From Nemertoderma westbladi (taxonomy: Eukaryota > Animalia > Xenacoelomorpha), in the NCBI GenBank assembly GCA_032718475.1, contig JAUCBJ010008666.1:1-64000 (forward strand): 64,000 bases of DNA. The letters are read 5' to 3'. Below are positions 1 through 10,689 of this stretch, one piece after another; position 1 is the first letter of the stretch; the number at the start of each line of letters is the position of its first letter. The position numbers and the translations under genes were made by a program. The notes under the pieces are model-generated. The model saw nothing but the letters and a program-made list of their open reading frames with translations, had not been told where the DNA came from and did no database searches.

Positions 1-670
1 TACCTTCGGTATATCAAGAATATTGGGTTGCGGGGTTATTTATCGTTATTCCAAATATAATTATTCATCAACCATATTATGAAGAACTGACAGCAAATAG
101 CAGTATAAAACAACAAGTCAGTACCGGTATGTCAGTGCACATAGGCATGAGATATTCAAGTAGTCAGTTGTTTTGAATATATCATATCAGTTAAAGGATA
201 TATGCCCTTTATAATTAAACCTACCAGTGTACGACTAAAAAGCAGTACAGCACAAAATATTTCTAAGCCGTTCTTTCTTTGGCTCAAGACTGAATGTAAA
301 CACTGCACATAGGCATTGCGTCATTTCTCGGAAATTCTCTGTACAAGGAGCCACAAAAACGCTCTCATTGGCTGACTGAACTGAGAGACGCCGTAGAACA
401 AAGGAAATCAACACGTATGAATGTCAGCTGTTAACCGTAGTCATAGTAACTACTGTTCAAGAGTAGCTATCACTCCTTTGCGTCACGAATTGCCATAGAA
501 TCATAAAATATACCTTTCACAATACACATACGGAGGAAATAAGTCTTAGATCCTCTAAAAACACCGATACAGTAATAATACGGTCTCTTACACTTATTAA
601 ATCAACTACAGAGTATTTTAATGTAAAAGATAATAAAAATAACGGGGCAATTCAGCAAAGGCTTTTACAT
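1..670. repeat. Diverged interspersed repeat, inverted homologue of ~12890-13500
   Basis: 1-70 is the imperfect reverse complement of 13421-13498. Further blocks match in order: 263-430 with 13114-13310, and 648-669 with 12897-12920. Confidence 0.65.
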
Positions 671-752
671 ATCCCCATCCATCGATTCCCTCTACTAACA
701 TAACATCGAACAAACATACTAAGAAGTTTTACTGCGTAAGGTGGGACAGGGT

Positions 753-2070
753 CTGCATATTTAAGCGATTTCCATACGTCAGTGATCAGTTTTCACTCCT
801 GCAGGTATGTGAAGAACTGCATCCCCGATTGGCTGATTCACATGTCTTTTTACTTAAGAACGAATTCGATATTGACATTCCAATTCCAACCTAAGGTAGG
901 GATGGCATAACGAAACGAAACGAAAGACATTTCAATTTCGTTTCGTTTTCATTAATTTAGTTTCGTTTTGTTTTTACCATTATGATCAAATATTTGTTTC
1001 GTTTTTTAACAATCTATGAAATTTTCGTCTGTGGTCTGTGTTTTGTACCTGGGGGTGTCTGTGTTTTGTACCTGGGGGGTCTGTGTTTTGTACCTGGGGG
1101 GGGGGGTCTGTGTTTTGTACCTGGGGGGGGGGGGGGGTCTGTGTTTTGTACCTGGGGGGGTCTGTGTTTTGTATCTGGGGGGGGGGGTCTGTGTTTTGTA
1201 CCTGGGGGGGTCTGTGTTTTGTACCTGGGGGTCTGTGTTTTGTACCCGGGGGTCTGTGTTTTGTACCTGGGGGTCTGTGTTTTGTACCTGGGGGTCTGTA
1301 TTTTGTACCTGGGGGGATCTGTGTTTTGTACCTGGGGGGGGGGTCTGTGTTTTGTACCTAGGGGGTCTGTCTGTCTGTGTTTTGTACCTGGGGGGGGGTC
1401 TATGTTTTGTACCGGGGGGGGGGGGGACTGCATATTTAAGCGATTTCCATACGTCAGTGATCAGTTTTCACTCCTGCAGGTATGTGAAGAACTGCATCCC
1501 CGATTGGCTGATTCACATGTCTTTTTACTTAAGAACGAATTCGATATTGACATTCCAATTCCAACCTAAGGTAGGGATGGCATAACGAAACGAAACGAAA
1601 GACATTTCAATTTCGTTTCGTTTTCATTAATTTAGTTTCGTTTTGTTTTTACCGTTATGATCAAATATTCGTTCCGTTTTTTAACAATCTATGAAATTTT
1701 CGTCTGTGGTCTGTGTTTTGTACCTGGGGGTGTCTGTGTTTTGTACCTGGGGGGTCTGTGTTTTGTACCTGGGGGGGGGGGGGGTCTGTGTTTTGTACCT
1801 GGGGGGGGGGGTCCTGTGTTTTGTACCTGGGGGGGGGTGTCTGTGTTTTGTACCTGGGGGGTCTGTGTTTTGTACCTGGGGGGTTTGTGTTTTGTACCTG
1901 GGGTGGTCTGTGTTTTGTACCTGGGGGGTCTGTGATTTGTACCTGGGGGGGGGGGGGGGGGGGGGTCTGTGTTTTGTACCTAGGGGGTCTGTCGGTCTGT
2001 GTTTTGTACCTGGGGGGGGGGGTCTGTGTTTTGTACCTAGGGGGGTCTGTGTTTTGTACCTGGGGGGTCT
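753..2070. repeat. Direct tandem duplication of a ~675-bp unit (753-1427 and 1428-~2070), each unit ending in a G-run minisatellite
   Basis: The sequence starting CTGCATATTTAAGCG at 753 recurs almost identically at 1428 for ~280 bp before each array. Confidence 0.9.
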
Positions 2071-2101
2071 GGGGTCTTGGATCTGTGTTTTGTACGCAAC
2101 C
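1028..2101. mobile_element. Minisatellite arm (GTCTGTGTTTTGTACCT-Gn) and right terminus of a foldback-like element; partner arm not seen
   Basis: The reverse-complement unit CCCCAGGTACAAAACACAGAC and terminus GGTTGCGTACAAAACACAGA resemble the unit and terminus of the complete element at 45403-47127. Confidence 0.6.
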
Positions 2102-2423
2102 TTCAAAATACGTAGAATTGTGAATGAATATTACCGAATATATTTTAAATATCTTACTGTATATTGTGCATGAATATTAATTTGATGTTGTTTACCGTTA
2201 TATAGATATAGGAAATAATAAATAATCACAAAAAGTTCAACTACGTCTGTCTGGCGACAAACTGAAAAATCAGAAAATACAGCTTTATTATTATTATAGC
2301 CAGTGGCAGATAGCTGTCTGGCTGTATACTGGTATACAGGTATAGGCCTATCCTATATCAGTATACTGGTATAGGCTGATAGGCCTACTGCTGTACTGGT
2401 ATATCAATATACAGATATATATG

Positions 2424-3677
2424 GGGTGTTTGAAAAAGGTGGACTGGACACAGAAAACATGGACAATGGACAGACCAATCACGGGCGATTTGCGTCACAC
2501 GGCATGTCCACCTTTTTCAGCTTTGTTGTCCACCTTTTTCAAATTTGAGTAACGTGGACTGGGTTGAGAAAGAACAGGCAATGAATTGACCAATCAGATT
2601 GATTTGCACATTACTGCATTATAGCAGCTCTGTCCACGGTTTTCAAAAAATTTCAGAAGGTTTTTATGGATTATTATTGTTATTATTATCTCATACTTAC
2701 TGTGACCAACCGAAGTTGTCGAAATAGGCCTAGTTCAATAATATGGGGCGAGTCCTGGAGTCCCGGGCAAGCCACGAAGTCTGTGAGCTGAGCCTTAGCA
2801 TCAATATTGGAACGTCAATATTCTAACTCATTACAGTATAAAGTTAATTATAATAACTACCTATTGTACTGAGAGGGAAATATAATAAGCTTTATTTACC
2901 GTTCATCCCGAGATCTGTTATTAAACGACCGACAGACCGAGCGCAGCGAGGGAGGTAAATAAGTCCCCATATTTTGGGAGTGGCGGTCCGAAACCCTAAC
3001 TCAAAGTGGAAATTGAGGCCCAAAACCTCAATTAAAACTGTCATGTAACCCGAACCTTAAATATTTTGGATCCTAAATTCCACAAAATTTCTTAGATTAC
3101 AGGATTAGAGCATCGGGCTGTCGGGACTTTAAGGTCATATAGGGTTAATAATGACAGTTTTAATTAGGGTTTGGGCCTGACCAACTAACTGACTAACCCA
3201 ACCACAAAAATGAACCAATAAATCCAAGTTAAAGTGCTGTACGGTACGCTAGACCTACTATTATTATGCTGTAAGTCTATACTATAGGGGGGCAATCTGC
3301 GCGGGGGGGGTGGGGGGGTAGATACGCCTAGGACACCGACAGCATTCTTAATGCAGCTGCTTCCAGGTTCCAGCATGCCCATTATAGATAGATCTGTAGA
3401 TAATTGAATCCTGAAAAAGGTGGACAGTCAAATCACTAATAAATAGCATTGCTTTAAATACGTTTCTGATTGGTCAGACTATTATCTATGTTTTTTGTGC
3501 ATGTGTCCAGTCCACCTTTTTCAAACACACATCTTATTCCAAATTATGTAACTAAGAAAGCGAAACTTGAAAAAGGTGGACAGACCAATTGCTACAAACT
3601 GCTTTGCATAATACGTTTCTGATTGGTCTGTCTGTTGTTCATGTTTTCTGTGTCCAGTCCACCTTTTTCAAACACCC
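2424..3677. mobile_element. Non-autonomous TIR DNA transposon (MITE-like) in a TA-rich site, with internal TIR copies and a nested small inverted repeat
   Basis: GGGTGTTTGAAAAAGGTGGACTGGACACAGAAAACATG at 2424 has its reverse complement ending at 3677. Internal copies lie at ~3412, ~3504-3528 and ~3567; a separate inverted repeat lies at ~3018-3060 / 3129-3177. Confidence 0.85.
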
Positions 3678-3891
3678 TATATATATTTATCTGTGGCGCA
3701 ATCATACATCTCAACTTCTGAACTTAACCTACTCTGTAGCCTACTCAATTAGCCTAATATTTTAAACATTGCAGCATTGATATCACTCACTGCACTCCGC
3801 GGCTTCAGTGAAGATCAAGGCTAAATAAAGCTCCAAGTAACGATACAGACGCAATCATAGTGCTGTTGCTTTATTGTTACATCAATCAATC

Positions 3892-4746
3892 ATGTCAGCC
3901 GTACCGGTTCCGGTGTGTAACAGAATTAAGAAAACGGGATTTACTTCCCCTCCAACAACCACAACCGAACCTTCATCTCCCGTTCCGCAGTGTAACTCTT
4001 ACCAACGTTCCACACGTCGCTCAATCCTCTTCCTTATCCTCATATTCGGTTCTTCGTTGATCGGTATGGCCGCTGTTTATTCCACATTTCCGCAGCTAAA
4101 ACCCGAGGAACAAGAAATTATCCGACTCCCTCGCAACATAAAGGACGCAAAGGATCTTGGGTTCGTGCTCTCCCAATACAAAGACGATTACTACATCCAG
4201 GTGCTCGCTGGTGTCTTTGTCACCTACATCTTCCTACAATCCTTCGCTATCCCCGGCTCTATTTTCCTCAGCATACTCAGCGGTTTCCTCTTCCCTTTCT
4301 CTCTCGCCCTCTTTCTCGTATGCAGCTGCTCTGCAATAGGCGCGTCCTTCTGCTACCTCATCTCTAGTTTAGTAACGCGCCCTCTCTTGCTCAAATATTT
4401 TCCGAGTATGACGGTTAAATGGTCCAACGAGGTGGACAAACAACGCGAACACATGCTCAACTACATAATATTCCTTAGAATAACCCCGATACTCCCCAAC
4501 TGGTTTATCAATATGGTATCTCCGATAATCAATGTGCCGTGGTTCCCTTTCGCATTGGGAACTTTTATCGGCGTCGCTCCCCCCTCTTTCGTCGCAATAC
4601 AAACCGGAACTACCTTACATAAACTCGCTACAACCAGCGACGCAGCCACCTGGACCTCGCTTATTATTCTTGCTATACTGGCTATCCTTTCGCTTCTTCC
4701 CGTTCTATTGAAAAAGTACATGAAAAAGCAGTTTAAAATTGAGTGA
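3892..4746 (+). CDS. TMEM41B: TMEM41B/stasimon-like DedA (VTT, SNARE-associated) ER membrane protein, intronless
   Basis: Family motifs RLPRNIKDAKDLG, YIFLQSFAIPGSIFLSILSGFLFPF, CSAIGASFCY and NYIIFLRITPILPNWFIN are present. The first ATG is at 3892 and the stop ends at 4746. Confidence 0.95.
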   Translation: MSAVPVPVCNRIKKTGFTSPPTTTTEPSSPVPQCNSYQRSTRRSILFLILIFGSSLIGMAAVYSTFPQLKPEEQEIIRLPRNIKDAKDLGFVLSQYKDDYYIQVLAGVFVTYIFLQSFAIPGSIFLSILSGFLFPFSLALFLVCSCSAIGASFCYLISSLVTRPLLLKYFPSMTVKWSNEVDKQREHMLNYIIFLRITPILPNWFINMVSPIINVPWFPFALGTFIGVAPPSFVAIQTGTTLHKLATTSDAATWTSLIILAILAILSLLPVLLKKYMKKQFKIE

Positions 4747-5214
4747 ACCAAACTCTCTTTAAAAGTTTGTGGCTTTAAATTTTATTTATCTGGTGAAATT
4801 TAACTTATTATAGCAACTTACTCATTTGTTTTAGTTTATATTTGTTAACCCAAAACCACCTATATTACATTTTTGTTGTTTACCACTGTGCAGACTACTA
4901 ATTTAACCCGAAATTATTTAAATCTATTTCCTCCTGTGTTTCCCACAGTCAGACAGTGTGCTAAACAAACCTTTTACGGTACATTTATTTACAACTCGAA
5001 TACGATTCCCGTTTTCCTATTGGTTTGTACTGCGTGTGTCCGCAACCTCCTGACCTCGGGTATGCTATGTGCTGTCCAGCGGCTGTGGCAGGGAAATTCG
5101 TGGGGGTTGAACCACCTGATTTACGAAACATGTGTGGAGGGGTACAGAACTAGTGCGTAGGAATACGGAACTAATTGAGGCGTATGGAACTAGTGGCTTA
5201 CTAAAATTAATTTA

Positions 5215-5990
5215 TTTGCGGTATATGGCGGTATTTGGATGCTGGTAACGATTATCGAACTCAAATATAACATTCTAGAAAATTTCTGGTAATTTTGAAT
5301 GTTCCTTCAGGGGCACGAAAAAAACAAGTATAGCAAATATGATAATGACAAATGACCAACAAATCAAACTGATTGTATGTCCTTATTGGATTTTGGGATG
5401 CTGATCACGAATATGGCACTATCGTTCCTAACTGTATCGTACCTTATGGATTTGGGCATTTTTGAACACTCTCTTGTTAAATTTTGTAGCTGAGTCGCAC
5501 TGTTTAATTATGATGTACTGGAACATAGTGGAGCTTTATTGGAATTTTAAGGAGATTTCAAATATTTACGCGGTTTCGCAATATCACCTTTAGTTTTCGA
5601 GATATTGGGCTTTTTTTCACTACTTGCACTTTTCGTATATACCGGTACCATAACAAAATTTCAAAATTCCAGAGATTTGTCTAATTACGCCAATTTAATT
5701 CTTGTGGGGTTTTTAAGGTCGGTAAATCCGATGGTAACACTTTTAAAAAATCTGCCCCAAGTCGGCCTGTTATTTTTTACTGTTTTTTTTGCAATACTTG
5801 CACTTTTCGTTCTATTTCAAAATTTGAAAAGTGATGGCCAAACAGACAGACATACCGACACAAAGCCTAGATTCCACCAAACATAAAAATTGACATCGGA
5901 AATGAAATCTCCGACCCTTAAAACCCCATAACGAAATAATTGTTACTTACTGTCGCACATTATTTAACTGACATGCTTTCATATTCACAG
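5215..5990. repeat. Interspersed repeat with an internal inverted motif and a short CAGA microsatellite (non-autonomous element)
   Basis: GGGGTTTTTAAGGTCGG at ~5706 is inverted relative to CCGACCCTTAAAACCCC at ~5911, and ACAGACAGACA lies at ~5842. Boundaries are approximate. Confidence 0.4.
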
Positions 5991-6551
5991 ACAATTTGCG
6001 CGGGAAGGTTCAAAAAATGACATTTTGTTTTTGTCATTTACTCCTAATTTCACATTTTGGTCACTTTTAGTCACTAAAAATGTATCTCCTCCTTCAATCT
6101 TTATCCGATTTGGCTAATTTTTTTTTTGTTTGAAAGCCCTGGGCCTCCTGGACAGATTCCTTAGTAGATGGATTTTTGAATTTCGCTCTAGTTCTCGAGA
6201 AAAGTTAGATTAAAGACTGTGTAGTCTATAAAAATGAAAATTTCATCGTGTCTCAAAAAGTCCAATAAAATTATTTTGAAAAAGAAATAGTATTTCAAAA
6301 AGATTGCCAAATCCGACTACCCCCCCCCCCCCCCCCCCCCCCCCAATAAATATAAAGATGTATGGTTATTTATTGATTAGAAATTAAATAGTTTATATAA
6401 TGTAAATATGTAGGCTAATATTCGCTCATGCAGGCTCATACCTCCCCCCATGTTAGTGAATGGGGAAGGATTTTCTTCCATATTGTAGACTTTAACGCAA
6501 TTATAATTATTGAAGTACAGTTAGCTGAGGTTGCAAGTAAATTCAATAGCT

Positions 6552-6586
<35 letters not shown>

Positions 6587-8228
6587 CGTTTTCTGTTGTG
6601 AACTGGTCATGACATTAATTTTGCTTTCTCCATGGCTGCATATGGGGAGAGGTTTATTGGTTTGGCATTCAGATTCCAATCAGCCAATCAGATTTCTACG
6701 ATTGCTAAAATGTTGTGGAAATGAAAATTTTTTCGACAAGATTACTCCCAGGATTTTACGCAATAAACAAATGCCGTTACAGATTACTACTAACTGTTCC
6801 CGCTTTAAAGCTTTTATGTTGCCGTTAATTCCTTAACGCCGATGTAAGTTCGAGAGGGTTTGCGATCTCAGCGATACTAGCCGCCGGGGGTGGTTGGATA
6901 ATCCAGGAAAAATGAAAAAGAACGATTTGGGTTCAATCATCAATTTATTCTAACTGATCTTGTTATCCTAACGCTTTTAACACTGATTCCAAAAAATATA
7001 TGTACTCCCCACTACGCCAATATAAATAGAATATACACAATAAATGATTTTGTTACATTATGTCAACTTAACAGCGTTCTGGTGAATTACTCGTAACGTA
7101 ACTCGTAACAAAGTACTACTTTGCAGCGTTGCGGCCTGTAGGACGGAACGCTGCAAAGTAATCAATGACATGGAAACAACTTCAATTACCGTATTCCAGA
7201 ATGTATTATTTCCATTTATATTAATGCGTACTGCTTTATTCAATAAAGCAGCACGTCAAGTGAATAATGCGTGCGTCCAGTTTGAAGTGACGGGACTAGC
7301 TACTGCATGTAAATAATTGTTTAACGTGTAGGCCTACTGTAATCCATTATGGCGAAACATCCAATAGAAGAAGACACTTTAGAGAAAATGACCAAAGAAA
7401 ATGGCGACAGTGTTCTGAACGGACACAGACAGTGACTAAGTTTGCTTCAGTCGACTTTAGTCAAGATGGATTACTGATTTATCACATCCATGCAGGAGAT
7501 AACTTCCAATAAACTTTAATTAGATTTAAATGTATAATTAATACTGTCTACCTGTTGCACACGCACACGGGGCTGGCAGAGTGCGAGGGGGCATTACATG
7601 GTAAGACATCATGTATACCCAAGGACGACCAGGGGTCATCGAGGGCCTTAATGCCAGCGCACATATTAAGGGGGAGGCCAGCAGAGGTAGCATGTAAGAG
7701 TAAGGATGACATCAGGGGCGGCATTATACCGCCAAACGACAAGTTGGAGGATGGCACTTTGCCGCCAGGGGACGACCACGAGGATATCAGTAATACAGAG
7801 AGTAGACGTCACTTTCCAGATTTAAGGACAGGAGAAAAGGGAAGGTCAATTCTAAGAGAGTTGGAATTGACAAGAAGAGTGGGGCGAAGAATTGGAGGAC
7901 CTACAGGGGGGCAGTGGGAGAGTTGCCTGCTGGAAGAATCACCCTTAGGTCGCTGAGTCGTCCAATAAGTTGGACTGAGGGGGGGCGAAGATGGAAGAGT
8001 TAGATCCGTAGAAGTACGGATAGAAATGTTGCCTGCTAGAAGGGGCACCATAGAGTTTAGTCGTCCAAATGTTGGACTGAGGGGGGTGGGATTGAGGACG
8101 AGACGCCCTTCCCACAAAAATATAAAAATATAAAAAAAATAAAATAATAGAAAGAAAGTTAGAAGGTTAGACAGAGAAAGGAAAGTAATAGTAGATAATA
8201 CGTCGTAGTAAGTAAGTAGGCAGATAGA

Positions 8229-8692
8229 AGTTAGTAAGAGTTAGTAGTAAGAGGGTACGTAGTACCCTTAGAGGAGTTAGTTAGTAGTAAGAGGGTACGT
8301 AGTACCGTTAGAGGAGTTAGTTAGTAGTAAGAGGGTACGTGTAGTACCGTTAGTAAGAGTTAGTAGTAAGAGGGTACGTAGTACCGTTAGAGGAGTTAGT
8401 TAGTAGTAAGAGGGTACGTGTAGTACCGTTAGTAAGAGTTAGTAGTAAGAGGGTACGTGTAGTACCGTTAGTAAGAGTTAGTAGTAAGAGGGTACGTAGT
8501 ACCGTTAGAGGAGTTAGTTAGTAGTAAGAGGGTACGTGTAGTACCGTTAGAGGAGTTAGTAAGAGTTAGTAGTAAGAGGGTACGTAGTACCGTTAGTGGA
8601 GTTAGTAGAGTTGCAAGAGGGTACATAGTACCGTTGGTTAGTAAGAGTTAGAGAGCTAGTAAGAGTTAGAGAATTAGTAGAGTTAGTAGTGA
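8229..8692. repeat. Imperfect ~40-bp tandem repeat (GAGTTAGTAGTAAGAGGGTACGTAGTACCGTTAG variants)
   Basis: About 10 units are directly visible and degenerate toward the 3' end. Confidence 0.9.
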
Positions 8693-9144
8693 GAAGTGAG
8701 AGGGGGGCACGTGGGTACAGCAAGACAGACTGTGTAGGCCGCACGGGACATACAGTACTAATGTACTGCACAGCCCGTAGAGTAGGTCAGAATGTTTGAT
8801 ACAGGGCCAGGAGGTTTACCTGGTGCAGACTAGCACAGTAAGAAATAGCTAGTCCATCCTGTATACAAACCATAGGGGTTATTTAAAACAAAATAATCCA
8901 TTATAAGTATTGATAGCACAGTAATAGAGTTAAAATTAATATTAAAAAATTAAAATTCAACAAAATTATAGTAACAGAAGGCGGAAAGTTCTAGAACATA
9001 ATAAAAGTAACTGACAGATTTAGGGAATTTATGGAAATTTAGTATTTTAGGGGGTAAAATAAGCAAATATAACATAAAACCTAGTGTTCTGAGAGAGATA
9101 GGCCATTATCGGACCATACAGACCATCCTAACTACATCACCTAT

Positions 9145-10689
9145 ATGGGCCAGCTAATGGGGCTCGTCTGCCACAAGCCGATGGACTGGGGAAAATTCAG
9201 GGAGGAGTACGGAGCGGAGTTGGCGAACTCGCTGAAGTGGGGAGCGAGGCCGGGGAAACAGGAGGTGTATCAATCCCGGAGAGGAGCGATAAAGATATAT
9301 CAGAAGCGATATATCCTGCAGGAGGATTGGATAATGATAGGTTTGCTAAACCTATTCATGGCCGTGGTTATCGGAAGAGAGCCAACGGCGTTTCTGCTGT
9401 CGGGATCACCCCTGAACTACAGAAGAGCCTTCAAAGTGGCCTTCGAGGGTCTGGCAGACCACCCGGGGCTGAAGGGCGAGTCGGTATACTACAACTGCCG
9501 ATATCTTGTAGACAGGGAGGTAGATACACCATATCAGAGGTGGGAGAAGCTGGAAGCGGATGGACGAGAGGAGAAGCGATTGGAAAAAATCGCTAGACGA
9601 GAAAGGAGGGAGGCAGACGAAAGAGAGGTGGAAGCTAGAGGAGAGGGCTACGGGTTCGAGGCCCAAGCCTTGGACGATTTGCAGTGGGCATCAGGGAGCT
9701 CGGGCGAGTCTCTGGGGCGAGAGTTGGGATGGATGGGAGGATCGCCGAAACAGTCAACATCGGGATTACAGGCGACGCCCATGCCAGCGGACGCCGAGGG
9801 TGATTTCGCGAAGAAAAGACCAGGGGAACTGGAAGGATGGAAAGTCACGGGCGAGAGCCAAGGTGGGAAGGGACACAGTGGGTCTACCGGGCTACCGGGT
9901 TTGGATCTACTCCCAGCGGAGGACGAGGATGACGACGAGTTCGGGGAGATACCGCCCATCGAGAGGATTGGCCACTCAGACAGGGACTGGGTTGGCGGGA
10001 GAGTGGTGACGGCCAGCGGGGCGATGGCCTTCTGGGATAAACCCGGCAAGCGGGCCTGGGTGCATGAGGACCCGGCGATGGATTTCGCGGGGAGCACCAT
10101 CAGGTTGGGCGAACAACCGGGAACGGCACCACGGGTAGTGTTCGGAGAGACGATGCCGAGGCGAGACGAGGACATAGATATGGACAGAGACGTTAACATC
10201 CAGAAGTTTGCTTACCAGTGGCTCCATAGACCGAGGAGGTCGCTTGGGGCAAAGGACGACTTGGGGTGGGACACGTTGGTACTCGGCTGCGATTACTGCG
10301 GGAGGCTTACTCACCAGGAAAGGAGCTGCTTGTATCGATTCCAGAAGGGGACGAGCTGCCTCTACTGCCGCGAGTCGAGTCACAGGATGGGGGCGTGTCC
10401 ACGGTTGCACAACCGGTGTTCTAAGTGCAACTTCCGAGGGCACTATGGACGCCAGTGCGACTGGATGGACGATGAGGAGAAGTTTAAGATCTTCGAGGAG
10501 TGGGCCAATGTCGGCGTCATGACGCGGCAGCGAATGAAGGCCCAGGAATTCCGGTGGGGTTTCTTTAATATTAACCAGGAGGCCCACCTGGAAATCATCA
10601 AACGGAGGCTTCCGTTTACTTATCAAGAAGTATCAACGGCGGCATCGTACGCTGGAGTGATGATACACTACACAGAGGTATTTAGATAG
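9145..10689 (+). CDS. Gag/ORF1-like protein with three tandem CCHC zinc knuckles, probably mobile-element derived; likely continues by frameshift to 11011
   Basis: CDYCGRLTHQERSC, CLYCRESSHRMGAC and CSKCNFRGHYGRQC all fit CX2CX4HX4C. The 514-codon ORF is GC-rich and intron-free, with AATAAA at ~11087. Confidence 0.75.
   Translation: MGQLMGLVCHKPMDWGKFREEYGAELANSLKWGARPGKQEVYQSRRGAIKIYQKRYILQEDWIMIGLLNLFMAVVIGREPTAFLLSGSPLNYRRAFKVAFEGLADHPGLKGESVYYNCRYLVDREVDTPYQRWEKLEADGREEKRLEKIARRERREADEREVEARGEGYGFEAQALDDLQWASGSSGESLGRELGWMGGSPKQSTSGLQATPMPADAEGDFAKKRPGELEGWKVTGESQGGKGHSGSTGLPGLDLLPAEDEDDDEFGEIPPIERIGHSDRDWVGGRVVTASGAMAFWDKPGKRAWVHEDPAMDFAGSTIRLGEQPGTAPRVVFGETMPRRDEDIDMDRDVNIQKFAYQWLHRPRRSLGAKDDLGWDTLVLGCDYCGRLTHQERSCLYRFQKGTSCLYCRESSHRMGACPRLHNRCSKCNFRGHYGRQCDWMDDEEKFKIFEEWANVGVMTRQRMKAQEFRWGFFNINQEAHLEIIKRRLPFTYQEVSTAASYAGVMIHYTEVFR

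Noticed and set aside
805-895. Exon-like segment CTGCAG|...AAG|GTAGGG, duplicated at ~1480-1570
   Set aside because: No recognisable protein and no partner exons.
982-2173. Overlapping ORFs rich in GGLCFVP / VCVLYLG
   Set aside because: They are translations of the minisatellite, open in several frames on both strands.
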